DNA of 64,000 bases from Prolixibacteraceae bacterium. GTDB taxonomy: Bacteria; Bacteroidota; Bacteroidia; Bacteroidales; Prolixibacteraceae. The notes beneath the pieces are model-generated. The model was not told where the DNA came from. It searched no databases and saw nothing but the letters and a program-made list of their open reading frames with translations. The stretch covers positions 9,394-73,393 of the forward strand of contig JBDKTZ010000135.1 of assembly GCA_039679975.1 (NCBI GenBank), given 5' to 3'. Positions 19,992 through 29,422 of the stretch are shown in pieces; within the stretch, counting starts at the first letter, position 1; each line of letters begins with the position of its first letter. The position numbers and the translations under genes are program-made.

Positions 19992-20037
19992 ACTCTTTAT
20001 TTGTTATTAAGACATTTTGCTTCATACGCAGCAATAA

Positions 20038-20071
20038 TAAAAAGCAGCAGAAGTCATCTGCTGCTTTTTTA
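20038..20071. terminator. bidirectional intrinsic terminator between rpsP and hflX
   Basis: AAAAA-GCAGCAGA-agtca-TCTGCTGC-TTTTTT (stem 20044-20051 / 20057-20064). Confidence 0.8.
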
Positions 20072-21271
20072 TTCTGCCTGTTCAGTATCGTACAGAAAAT
20101 CGTTATACGGAAAGCGCGTCACGTGGATCTTACGGACTTCTTCATACAGGATTTTCTTAAAATCGTCCAGATTAACTTTCTCAGTCGCGGAAATAAACAA
20201 TGACGGTGTATTCTTTTTCCCGATCCAACTGTCTTTCAATTCATCGAGTGAATAATTTTCCCTGGATCTGGGGCTCAGATCGTCTTCTTCCTTTCTTGTA
20301 TATTGAAAAGCATCTATCTTGTTAAAAACGAAGATGGTTGGCTTATCACCTGCATTGATATCGCTTAATGTCTGATTCACGGTCCGGATCTGTTCCTCGA
20401 AGCCGGGATGCGATATATCAACAACATGAACAAGCAGATCGGCCTCCCGAACTTCATCAAGAGTCGACTTAAATGACTCCACCAGGTCATGAGGCAATTT
20501 CCGGATAAAACCTACCGTATCAGACAGCAGGAATGGTAAATTTTCGATCACGACCTTGCGCACTGTTGTATCGAGAGTTGCAAACAACTTGTTCTCTGCA
20601 AATACTTCCGATTTAGACAACACGTTCATGATCGTCGATTTTCCGACGTTGGTATACCCAACAAGGGCGACACGAACCATCTTACCCCTGTTTTTACGTT
20701 GGGAGGCTTTCTGTTTGTCAATCTTAATAAGCTGTTCTTTCAGCCTGGCAATCTTATCCAAAATGATCCGGCGGTCGGTTTCGATTTGTGTTTCACCTGG
20801 TCCGCGCAGCCCGATCCCTCCGCGCTGCCGTTCGAGGTGTGTCCACAATCGCGTCAGGCGTGGCAGCATATATTGGTACTGCGCCAGTTCAACCTGTGTT
20901 TTTGCATGTGCTGTCTGTGCCCTTTTTGCAAAAATATCCAAGATCAGATTAGTTCGGTCAAGTACCTTCCTTTCCAGGGTTCGTTCAATATTTCGCAATT
21001 GTGTCGGACTCAGTTCATCATCAAAAATGACGGTATCGATATCGTTTATCGTGACGTAGTCCTGTATTTCCACGAGCTTACCCGAGCCCACGAAGGTTGC
21101 TGAATTTGGAACATCCAACCGCTGAAAAAATTTCTTCTTCACCACCGCCCCAGCTGTATCTGCAAGGAATTCAAGTTCATCGAGATACTCCTTTGACTGT
21201 TTTTCGTCCTGATCCTGGTTGATCAAGCCAACCAGAACTACGGTTTCAGGGATCATCGCTGTATCAATCAT
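20069..21271 (-). CDS. hflX: GTPase HflX
   Basis: HflX N-terminal domain plus G1 GYTNVGKST, G3 DTVGF and G4 NKID. 400 aa. Confidence 0.9.
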   Translation of the reverse strand: MIDTAMIPETVVLVGLINQDQDEKQSKEYLDELEFLADTAGAVVKKKFFQRLDVPNSATFVGSGKLVEIQDYVTINDIDTVIFDDELSPTQLRNIERTLERKVLDRTNLILDIFAKRAQTAHAKTQVELAQYQYMLPRLTRLWTHLERQRGGIGLRGPGETQIETDRRIILDKIARLKEQLIKIDKQKASQRKNRGKMVRVALVGYTNVGKSTIMNVLSKSEVFAENKLFATLDTTVRKVVIENLPFLLSDTVGFIRKLPHDLVESFKSTLDEVREADLLVHVVDISHPGFEEQIRTVNQTLSDINAGDKPTIFVFNKIDAFQYTRKEEDDLSPRSRENYSLDELKDSWIGKKNTPSLFISATEKVNLDDFKKILYEEVRKIHVTRFPYNDFLYDTEQAE

Positions 21272-21289
21272 TCAACTAAAATTTATATC

Positions 21290-21330
21290 AAAAAAATCCT
21301 GGTCCCGAAGCAATATTCGAAACCAGGATT
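21290..21330 (-). terminator. intrinsic terminator downstream of tonB
   Basis: AATCCTGGT (21295-21303) / ACCAGGATT (21322-21330) stem, followed by a T-run on the minus strand. Confidence 0.7.
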
Positions 21331-21354
21331 CTCTGCTATTGTTACAAAATCTCG

Positions 21355-22041
21355 TTACTGCAACACAAAGCTGATAGGCACAGTGTAGGATACCTTAACG
21401 GGTTTTCCACGCTGCATACCTGGTTTCCACTTTGGCAGACTATTTACAACGCGAAGAGCCTCTTTATCCAGAGAAGGATCGACTCCACGTGCAATTTTTG
21501 CATTAGTAATACTTCCGTCCTTATCAACGACGAAGTTTACATAAACCTTACCCTGTATGCCGTTTTCCTGAGCAATTACCGGATACTTAATGGCATTGGC
21601 AATAAACTTACGTAAAGCAAGCTCACCACCCGGAAACTCCGGCATATCTTCTACAATAAAGAACACCTGGCTGTCTTCGGCCTTTTCTTCTTCCTGCTTG
21701 ATAATCGGAGCTACGTCAATAACAGTCTTATCATCAGCTTCCGTATCCTGAATATCTAACTCCTCATCAATGTCAGTTTCGTTGTCCACGATATTCAGTA
21801 CCTCCACAACTTTTGGCGGCGGTGGCGGTGGCGGTGGTTTTACTTCTTCCTGACGGGTAATCGGAATAATCTCATCTTCCACCTCCTGTGTTGCAACAGT
21901 CCCAAGTGAAGCGGCTTTTTCAACCTTACTGGTCCATTCAAACGCAAGTAAACAGAGGCCTAGAGAGATCACTAACCCAATCTGAACAAAAGTATTCCTC
22001 TTGTTCTCAAGATCAGCTTTCGGTGATTTCTTTAATTCCAT
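21355..22041 (-). CDS. tonB: energy transducer TonB
   Basis: N-terminal TM anchor, PPPPPPPPK proline-rich spacer, C-terminal TonB domain (GIQGKVYVNFVVDKDGS...PGMQRGKPVKV). Confidence 0.85.
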   Translation of the reverse strand: MELKKSPKADLENKRNTFVQIGLVISLGLCLLAFEWTSKVEKAASLGTVATQEVEDEIIPITRQEEVKPPPPPPPPKVVEVLNIVDNETDIDEELDIQDTEADDKTVIDVAPIIKQEEEKAEDSQVFFIVEDMPEFPGGELALRKFIANAIKYPVIAQENGIQGKVYVNFVVDKDGSITNAKIARGVDPSLDKEALRVVNSLPKWKPGMQRGKPVKVSYTVPISFVLQ

Positions 22042-22395
22042 AATTCGGTTTTAGCAATTTATCATGTTACACAAACATCATTCCTCAATGAGGGTCTAAA
22101 GATAAAAAATAATCTTCAAAAGCAATGAAACGGATAAAAATATTCTTTTTCAGAAAATCTATCCGGGGTCTATTCTTGTTTGACTGTCAAACTTTAGCAG
22201 AAAACAGGTCGCACTTGTTTTACCTTTTTTGCCGAAAATCTTGCAGATTTAAATCTATTTTCGACAAAAGCAAAAATCACACCAAAAAATATGATTTTAA
22301 AAAAAATTCGTGCAATAAGCTCGTTGTTCCATACATTCTGCGCTCTGTTTCTAACATTATTTCTAAATTAGAAGCCTTATTGATCTTAAACTCTT

Positions 22396-23790
22396 ATGGA
22401 CAATCAACGGAATCTGGTCAGAACGTTAGGCCTTGGATATGTGATTATATTCGTAATTGCTAATATCATCGGGTCGGGGGTATATAAAAAAATAGCCCCG
22501 ATGGCCGCTGAACTCCAGTCTCCGGCCTGGATCCTTCTCGCCTGGATAGCAGGAGGTATCATCACCTTATTCGGTGCTTTGAGTAACGCGGAAGTTGCCG
22601 GATTGCTCGCCGACACCGGAGGCGAGTTCGTCTATTTAAAAAAGATCTATAATCGCTTTTTTGCATTCATTTACGGCTGGTCTCTATTTACGGTTATTCA
22701 GACAGCAACCATTTCATCATTGGCATATGTTTTTGCCCAGTCATTGAACAGCATTGTTACCCTTCCGGAATTACTCCCTTCCCTTCAACAATTTACAATT
22801 GGCGGTATTTTCTTTCCCTTTCAGGACTCGGGTGTCAAGCTGATAGCCATTGTGCTGATTTTATTACTTACATTCCTCAACATTCGGGGACTGAAAAGCG
22901 GAGCGGGCACAAGTAAAATCATCTTGTTGCTGGTATGTGCCGGTCTGCTGACGATTATCATGTTCGGATTGAACAGTGGCGCGGCCCGGCTTTCCGCGAA
23001 CACGGTTATTCACAATACTACAATTAAGACTGTGACGTTCTCATCTTTTTACACTGCTATGCTGGCTGCTTTCTGGGCATATCAAGGGTGGGTTTCAGTG
23101 GGTTTTATCGGAGGTGAGATCAAAGATGCAAAAAGAAATATTCCAAAAGGAATTGTAATCGGTGTTTTAATCGTCATCTTAATTTATTTGCTCGTAAATA
23201 TAACCTATCTCTCGCTTTTGCCGGTTTCGCAACTCATTCAGATCCACGGATCTGTCAATCAGATTGCCGCGGTTGAAGCAGTCAGGGTATTCTGGGGTAC
23301 CGGAGGCGTTCTGTTTATTTCACTGCTGATCCTGATCACCACGCTGGGCTGTACGAACGCCAGTATTCTCACAGGCGCGCGTCCTTATTATGCCATGGCC
23401 CGTGAAGGTCTTTTCCCTCAGGGTATCGCTAAAATCAATAAAGCCAATGTTCCTTCCAATTCCCTGTTAGGACAGGGAATATGGGCCTCGGTTCTGGTGT
23501 TGTCAGGCACATTCGATCAGTTGACCGATATGATTATTTTCGCTGTTTTTATTTTCTACGGCGCTACCACCCTGGGAGTGTTTATTTTGAGGAACAAGAT
23601 GCCCGATGCACACCGACCTTATAAAGTCTGGGGATATCCGTTTATACCGGCCATTTTCATTCTCTTCTGCATCGGCCTGTTCATGAATACCATTGCTACA
23701 CGACCTCGTGAAGCCGCCATCGGCACAACACTGATCCTGCTGGGAATACCGGTATACTGGTTGATGAGAAAGCTGAGTAAACAGCCCTGA
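22396..23790 (+). CDS. APC-family amino acid permease
   Basis: About 12 predicted TM helices and an N-terminal GSGVY motif typical of the APC superfamily. 464 aa. Confidence 0.8.
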   Translation: MDNQRNLVRTLGLGYVIIFVIANIIGSGVYKKIAPMAAELQSPAWILLAWIAGGIITLFGALSNAEVAGLLADTGGEFVYLKKIYNRFFAFIYGWSLFTVIQTATISSLAYVFAQSLNSIVTLPELLPSLQQFTIGGIFFPFQDSGVKLIAIVLILLLTFLNIRGLKSGAGTSKIILLLVCAGLLTIIMFGLNSGAARLSANTVIHNTTIKTVTFSSFYTAMLAAFWAYQGWVSVGFIGGEIKDAKRNIPKGIVIGVLIVILIYLLVNITYLSLLPVSQLIQIHGSVNQIAAVEAVRVFWGTGGVLFISLLILITTLGCTNASILTGARPYYAMAREGLFPQGIAKINKANVPSNSLLGQGIWASVLVLSGTFDQLTDMIIFAVFIFYGATTLGVFILRNKMPDAHRPYKVWGYPFIPAIFILFCIGLFMNTIATRPREAAIGTTLILLGIPVYWLMRKLSKQP

Positions 23791-23870
23791 ATTATGCATC
23801 TGATATTTTCAAAAACTTCAGCCGCAGAAATCATTTTCTATCAGAATTCATAGCAATTTAAAAATATTCC

Positions 23871-23878
23871 TATATTTG
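23871..23878 (+). promoter_or_regulatory. -7 promoter box (TATATTTG) upstream of tRNA-Ala
   Basis: TAnnTTTG match ending 11 nt before the mature tRNA 5' end. Confidence 0.5.
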
Positions 23879-23889
23879 TGCCCTCAAAC

Positions 23890-23963
23890 GGGGGATTAGC
23901 TCAGTTGGCTAGAGCGTTTGACTGGCAGTCAAAAGGTCATCGGTTCGATTCCGATATTCTCCA
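23890..23963 (+). tRNA. tRNA-Ala (anticodon GGC)
   Basis: Hand-folded. Acceptor stem GGGGGAT/ATTCTCC includes the G3:U70 alanine identity pair. Anticodon stem TTTGA/TCAAA with loop CTGGCAG, T-arm ATCGG-TTCGATT-CCGAT. 74 nt. Confidence 0.9.
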
Positions 23964-23975
23964 CATGGCAGTCAA

Positions 23976-24006
23976 AGAGTTACAAGCAATTTGTGACTCT
24001 TTTTTG
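23976..24006 (+). terminator. intrinsic terminator after tRNA-Ala
   Basis: AGAGTTACAA / TTGTGACTCT 10-bp stem (one G-U pair), loop gcaat, then TTTTTT. Confidence 0.75.
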
Positions 24007-24037
24007 TTTGGATACAATTTCAGCGACTGTGACGTGA

Positions 24038-24763
24038 TCACCTGGCTGAGAGAAAATTCCATCTGATTCCCGCTTGAGGCAGAACCTTAAGCCCCTTTTT
24101 ATTGGCAAAATTGTAGTCCACATCCATCCGGATTCCGACAGACAGATGATCGACCGCAACCAATCTGCCTGCATTGTACCAAACAGATGGTGTGGCATGG
24201 ACCACAAACACATTTCTCCGAACTCCGGTTTCCCGGTTTGTCAAATCATCCCACTGTCCGAATGCAATTCCGAATAGAGAAAAACCATTAATCTTCATTA
24301 TGTTGTTCCATGAATAGTAAGAATAAAGGAAAAGCGGCACTTCGGTGTCTCCTCCGGCAATTTCTCTGTAAGCGATTTGCAGGATCACCATCCGGGAATG
24401 ATCTTTGGCGACCAATTTTCCGGCCGCACCCACTGTAAAACTGCTTTTTATCGGAATATAAACTCCTCCGGCATTCGTGCTGCCGCCACAATACCCCATT
24501 GCTATGTCCAAATTTCTACATGGGCTTTGTTCCCAGAAATTCAGGTATCGGGTAATGAGAAGCAGCGTATTGGACAACTGATGGCCAACGTATTTTGCAT
24601 TTGTCTCAAAATAGGTACTTCCCCAGGGATCAGGTTTATACATGCTGAATTTCGCCCTGAGATATGCTTCATCCAGGCCTCTGGTTATCTGAAGATTTTG
24701 ACCGGCAGCGACTGCAGACAAGCTGAACATCAAAATGAACAGCGGAAAACGAAAATACCTCAT
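24038..24763 (-). CDS. outer-membrane beta-barrel protein (Tsx / DUF5020-like)
   Basis: Signal peptide, alternating amphipathic strands and a C-terminal aromatic (RWNF). The family assignment comes from memory of the DUF5020 pattern. Confidence 0.45.
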   Translation of the reverse strand: MRYFRFPLFILMFSLSAVAAGQNLQITRGLDEAYLRAKFSMYKPDPWGSTYFETNAKYVGHQLSNTLLLITRYLNFWEQSPCRNLDIAMGYCGGSTNAGGVYIPIKSSFTVGAAGKLVAKDHSRMVILQIAYREIAGGDTEVPLFLYSYYSWNNIMKINGFSLFGIAFGQWDDLTNRETGVRRNVFVVHATPSVWYNAGRLVAVDHLSVGIRMDVDYNFANKKGLKVLPQAGIRWNFLSAR

Positions 24764-25030
24764 AAACGAACAGATCGGATGAACTTAATACGATTTTACA
24801 AACACCAAGCGGAAAGAACAGAACTTCCTGATCACGCCAGGCGTTACACAATTTCAGGGGTTTCCGTTACGCTGCAAGATCAAAGGAAACCAGGAGCCCT
24901 CCTGTTCCGGGATCGATACACTTTTGCCTCCGTCAATCATTGGGATGCCCTTCCTTATCCGAAATAGCATCCCAACGAAATCAAAGGGCGTTATCGTTCT
25001 TTACTAAAGAACCCGGGATTTTTCTAACCA

Positions 25031-25870
25031 TTATTGCAACCCGGCGATGAACGCAGCTCTTTTTTCCTTGATGGATTTAGAGAATGTTTCATAAGCGGCT
25101 TGTTCACTTTCCGTGTTCACTGACTTTTGGAGAAGCCTGATGTCGCTGATCAGGGGCTCCGTCGATTTCAATGCCGGGTAAAAAGGCAACAATTTTTCTA
25201 TCAAACCGATCAGGATCTCATTCATCCGGATAAACCTGTCAGTGACACCGGGAGCTGACTGATATCTAAAGCCTGCGCCAACCGATCCTGCCCAAATTAT
25301 ACGGCCATAAGCCTTTTCAGTATAAGCTCCCAATATAATCTGAATGAATTTGTCGGCGGTTCCATTTCCAAGAGCAGTCTTAAACTCGGTGAGTTCACTT
25401 TGAGCATTGGTTTCAATTAACTTTTGCCAGGTCTTTTCTGTAGCTTTACCGATATCCATAAACTCCGATAAATTCACTTCAACTGCCAGTTTTCCGATAA
25501 CTTTCTGCCTCTCCTCGTCATCTATACCGCAGAAGAAACGTGAATCCAATTCATTTTGAAGGTACGATCCCAAAAGAAAAGACTTCTGTTCCAGTGTCTG
25601 AGCTTTTTCTGCCAGGTCAAGAGGAAGTGAATAGACCGGATTCAGGATTCTTTCCTGGTCCTCCCATGACTTTATGGGAGAATAGTTGTCTTTATTCGTA
25701 TTGTATTCCTCAAGCATGGCGATCAGTTCACCCCTGAGTTCTTCTGAAAGCTGAAGCTCAGTTTTGGGTTCGTCTGTCTTTTGCTGGTCTTTTGGCTGCC
25801 TGCCCTGGCAAGCAACGAAAAATGCTATTATTATAATCAATAGCATGGCTGAAAAAAAGGTTTGTTTCAT
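25031..25870 (-). CDS. hypothetical all-alpha lipoprotein
   Basis: Lipobox FFVAC. 279 aa. No recognisable domain. Confidence 0.55.
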   Translation of the reverse strand: MKQTFFSAMLLIIIIAFFVACQGRQPKDQQKTDEPKTELQLSEELRGELIAMLEEYNTNKDNYSPIKSWEDQERILNPVYSLPLDLAEKAQTLEQKSFLLGSYLQNELDSRFFCGIDDEERQKVIGKLAVEVNLSEFMDIGKATEKTWQKLIETNAQSELTEFKTALGNGTADKFIQIILGAYTEKAYGRIIWAGSVGAGFRYQSAPGVTDRFIRMNEILIGLIEKLLPFYPALKSTEPLISDIRLLQKSVNTESEQAAYETFSKSIKEKRAAFIAGLQ

Positions 25871-25987
25871 TGTTTTAGTTTGTTAGTTAATAGGATGATG
25901 TTTTTTTATCAAATATATCATTAATTCGATTTAAAAGATAAAATAACAGACCTGTTGGCAATATTTTTTTGAAATTATGACCACTTG

Positions 25988-28885
25988 TTAATGGAGCTGT
26001 TTGAAAGAAGGATAAAACAGGATCAGGGAAACGATCACAATCATTAACCACAACACGGCCAGATTAAACCAGAAGGTGTGTATACGCCAATCACCTATAA
26101 GCTTTACATGGCTATAAAACGGAGCACGTCCGTTTTTACACGGAGGATCTAAATAGACCATACCTGCACGGGCCACAATCACATCATCTTTGATCTCGCA
26201 CGCTTTCCTGGCATTGAAGTTGACAAGGGTCTCTTCCAGATGGGTATTGTGGAACCGTTTCTTCTCATTCACAAGAACGGTCATGTTGTTCTGACCCAAA
26301 TACGACTTTATTTGCTGATCAAGTGCCAGCGTATGTTGGTTGCTGATGCCGAAAATGTAAGTCTTGACATCGGCGAGCCAGTTACCCACAGCATGATAAA
26401 GACTGTCGTTAAATTGTTCTTTCGTCAGACTCCCGGTCTGACGAAGAAGCGGCAGTTCCCATTTGGTAACCAGATGACGTATTCCATTTTGCAATACCGG
26501 AAAACGCAAGTCAAATCCTGATTCGTTTTTGCAAAACTCCAGGTAGGACGATTCCAGTATTTTCTCCAGTTCGGGGATATAGGATGCATGGTAGTATTGT
26601 GCTTCGTATTTTCTCTGCTCGGTCGCAAAGAACTTCCCGTTATAATGGTTTCCGGTGAAAGAGGCTACCGACAGCGCCTCAAGGGACCAGCGGGTCGGAA
26701 TGAGGTCACCAATCACCGGGACGTTATTTGTTTTGGAGTTCCTGTTGAGATCGTCGAAAGGCACTACCAATCCGCACAGCAGGATTTGGGGAATGAGCAG
26801 TAACGGAATGGTGATGTAAATGGCGACGATCGAACGCAACCTTTGTGAAAGCAGCAGACCGATCAGGTTGGAAAGCAACGCAGAGGTGAAAAGTATCGCC
26901 CACCATTCACCGAAAAGGTCAGGAATGGCAATGATACGGTTACCTGCCAGGATGAATAGCAAAGTCTGAACCAGCGAGATCACTGCCAAAAAGATTATTT
27001 TTGACCAGATGTAACTTCCGTAGCTTAACCTGAGAAATTTCTCCCGTTTAAGAAGTGCCCGATCCCTGAAAATCTCCTCCGCGCTGATGCTCATCCCCAT
27101 AAATACCGACACGATAATTGCCATAAAAAAATAGATCATCAGGTTCTTATTGTCGAGCAGCGTATAGCCATTGTCCCCCGGATAGCGGGTTAAATAAGAA
27201 ACAATCGCTGCCAATAAGGGAGCCTCCAGGAAGGCAATCAGCAAAAATTGTTTATCGGAAAGCTTCGTTTTAGTGTTTCTCCTCAGGTAAATGACAATTT
27301 GTTTGAGACACCCGGGCCGTTTTTGTTCTGAGCAAGGAAGAGGATCATCCCGTTTGATCTCCTGAAGGGACTGATGCTGAAGAAACCGCTGATGCCAGTC
27401 CTCGGGCTCAATTTTTCTTTGCCCGGTGAGCCGGCCGCTATTATCGAGGGTTTTGGAATCAATGATGCGCAGGATCACTTCCGGATTGACTGTTCCGCAG
27501 GATAAACAGGTGGCAACATCCCAGTCGGCATAATTGACGGCCTGCTTGAAGTAGTTAATCGCTTCTATCGGATTTCCGTCGTATACCGGATAGCCGCCTT
27601 TATCAAGCAGCCAGAGCCGGTCAAATTGTTTGTAAATATCGGAAGAAGGCTGGTGAATGTTCAACACCACCAGCTTTCCTTTCAGGGTTTGTTCCTTCAA
27701 CAGGGCGATCACCTTCTCCGAATCAACGGAGGAAAGTCCGGAGGTAGGCTCATCGAGCAACAGTACTGCCGGCTCACGAATTAGTTCGAGGGCAATATTG
27801 ACCCGTTTCCTTTGCCCCCCGCTGATGGTTTTGTCGAGAGGTGATCCGACCCTCAGATATTTCACAGGCATGAGGCCAAGATCATTGAGTAAGTTATCTA
27901 TTTTTTGATCAATGGCCTCCCGGCTGAGGGTATCAAAACAAAATCTGGAGGTGTACCAAAGATTTTCATAAACCGTGAGCTCACTGATCAGCAGGTCATC
28001 TTGCGGAACAAATCCAATAAGATCAGCGCTTCTGGATAATTCTTTCCCATTCAGAGTGACCAGTCCGCTTACCGGCTTGAGGCTGCCGTTGAGCAACCCG
28101 ATCAGGGTGGTCTTGCCTACTCCGCTTCCGCCCATAATGGCCACCAGTTCCCCGGCATGAAGATCGAAGGAAAAATCGTGCAATCCATGATCGCTGTTGG
28201 GAAACCGGAACTCCAGGTTGCGGCCTGAAAGCATCAGTTTCTGCAGCGCAGTTGTCTCAAATAGCTGAAGGATGTGATGATGATACCGGACGTTTCCCAT
28301 CCTGTCCTTCAGGACACTGTTGGGAGGCCATTCCACGAATGTATCCTGAAGCATCGGGACATCGTTCATATAAAGCGGGCTGTTCCCTGTAAATGCGACA
28401 ACGAGAGTATTCCTGCCCGGGCTTTTCAGTATTTTTAGCTGACCATCCAAAAAACTGATCACTCTGACATTCGGATGAGAGACCCCTGCAATAAAGGACC
28501 TGAAGTCATTGGTAAGTTCCGGAGAAAGTCCAAACTTACAGGCTACATTTCGGAACAGCGAAAAATTAGTTTCAAACGACTCCCGGTTAATCGCCGAAAA
28601 TTCCATAAACCGGAGTAACAGGTAAAAACGCTCTTCCGACTCCAGGTTCTCCAGTAACCGGGAGCAGATCGAATCAACGATTTGATCCTTGTCGAGTTCC
28701 GGGGTATGGTCATATAAGTCGCGAAGGTCATTATGGAGTTTCAGATAGATTTCAGAATTGCGGATGCCAAAAAAGCGTTGCAAATAATGAAGTACCCTGA
28801 TCCGGGCCTTTTTATTGTCGATGTTGGCGATGGCACCGAACAAGGCAAACAGGTTCATTAACGCAGAAAGGACGACGTCATTCAT
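25988..28885 (-). CDS. ABC transporter, fused ATPase-permease (ABC-2/ABCG-like order) with long N- and C-terminal extensions
   Basis: Walker A GGSGVGKTT (~aa 252), signature SGGQRKR, Walker B LLLDEPTSGL, then about 6 TM helices (ABC-2 type). There is a ~210-aa N-terminal region and a ~220-aa C-terminal region with a terminal TM helix. Confidence 0.85.
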   Translation of the reverse strand: MNDVVLSALMNLFALFGAIANIDNKKARIRVLHYLQRFFGIRNSEIYLKLHNDLRDLYDHTPELDKDQIVDSICSRLLENLESEERFYLLLRFMEFSAINRESFETNFSLFRNVACKFGLSPELTNDFRSFIAGVSHPNVRVISFLDGQLKILKSPGRNTLVVAFTGNSPLYMNDVPMLQDTFVEWPPNSVLKDRMGNVRYHHHILQLFETTALQKLMLSGRNLEFRFPNSDHGLHDFSFDLHAGELVAIMGGSGVGKTTLIGLLNGSLKPVSGLVTLNGKELSRSADLIGFVPQDDLLISELTVYENLWYTSRFCFDTLSREAIDQKIDNLLNDLGLMPVKYLRVGSPLDKTISGGQRKRVNIALELIREPAVLLLDEPTSGLSSVDSEKVIALLKEQTLKGKLVVLNIHQPSSDIYKQFDRLWLLDKGGYPVYDGNPIEAINYFKQAVNYADWDVATCLSCGTVNPEVILRIIDSKTLDNSGRLTGQRKIEPEDWHQRFLQHQSLQEIKRDDPLPCSEQKRPGCLKQIVIYLRRNTKTKLSDKQFLLIAFLEAPLLAAIVSYLTRYPGDNGYTLLDNKNLMIYFFMAIIVSVFMGMSISAEEIFRDRALLKREKFLRLSYGSYIWSKIIFLAVISLVQTLLFILAGNRIIAIPDLFGEWWAILFTSALLSNLIGLLLSQRLRSIVAIYITIPLLLIPQILLCGLVVPFDDLNRNSKTNNVPVIGDLIPTRWSLEALSVASFTGNHYNGKFFATEQRKYEAQYYHASYIPELEKILESSYLEFCKNESGFDLRFPVLQNGIRHLVTKWELPLLRQTGSLTKEQFNDSLYHAVGNWLADVKTYIFGISNQHTLALDQQIKSYLGQNNMTVLVNEKKRFHNTHLEETLVNFNARKACEIKDDVIVARAGMVYLDPPCKNGRAPFYSHVKLIGDWRIHTFWFNLAVLWLMIVIVSLILFYPSFKQLH

Positions 28886-28891
28886 AGTTCC

Positions 28892-29335
28892 CTATTTCAA
28901 TTCCGGCTTTGTACTGGACCAATGTGAATGGATGATTTTCCATTCCCCTCCTTTTTCCTTCCGATATACTTCCGTGCAGTTCCATTTATAAGTTGTTTCA
29001 CCAACAGAACTGACCAAATTGAACGTAAGTACCGCCATGCTCTTATCAGCCTGGACTTCGGGAGCAATCACTTCGTAATTTGAAGCTTTTATTTTACCCT
29101 GCCAGGGTTCATAGAGTTTGGTGAGTTCGTTTAGCCCGTCCAAACGTTTTTCGAGCATCGGATCAAAATAGGTGACATCGTCAGCATACAGTTCCAAATA
29201 GCCATATACGTCTCCGTTCATCCAGCGTTCAAGCGCTGCTTTCTCCAAAGCGATTATTTTTTCGGAAATTTCACGGTCTTCAGCTGAAGCCGAAAAAGCG
29301 GTTGCCATCAGGGTAATTAATGCAAGCATTTTCAT
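28892..29335 (-). CDS. secreted NTF2/SnoaL-like (DUF4440-like) protein
   Basis: Signal peptide MKMLALITLMATAFSASA and an NTF2-like alpha+beta pattern (WKIIHSHWS). The stop lies 6 nt before the ABC gene ATG. Confidence 0.6.
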   Translation of the reverse strand: MKMLALITLMATAFSASAEDREISEKIIALEKAALERWMNGDVYGYLELYADDVTYFDPMLEKRLDGLNELTKLYEPWQGKIKASNYEVIAPEVQADKSMAVLTFNLVSSVGETTYKWNCTEVYRKEKGGEWKIIHSHWSSTKPELK

Positions 29336-29422
29336 GTCGGTAGTTTTTTGGTTGTTTATCTGCAAAGGTACGGCTTTACTTCCTTAAACCAACCGGAAGA
29401 AATCCGGGGGAAACAGTACTTT

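Noticed and set aside
22125-22463. 112-aa ORF spanning the tonB/permease spacer and overlapping the permease start.
   Set aside because: It is Lys/Phe-rich low-complexity sequence in an AT-rich promoter region. It overlaps the well-supported permease ATG in another frame.
24121-24140. Partial match (GATTCCGAcA) to the tRNA-Ala 3' end (GATTCCGAtA), which could be an att-like direct repeat.
   Set aside because: The match is only ~10 nt and lies inside the porin coding sequence, with no integrase nearby. It is within chance expectation.
24820-24850. CGCCTGGCG segment reminiscent of the ZTP riboswitch pseudoknot motif (CCGCCUGGGC).
   Set aside because: The upstream ZTP core elements (GGGUCGUGACUGGCG-like) are absent and the match is only partial.
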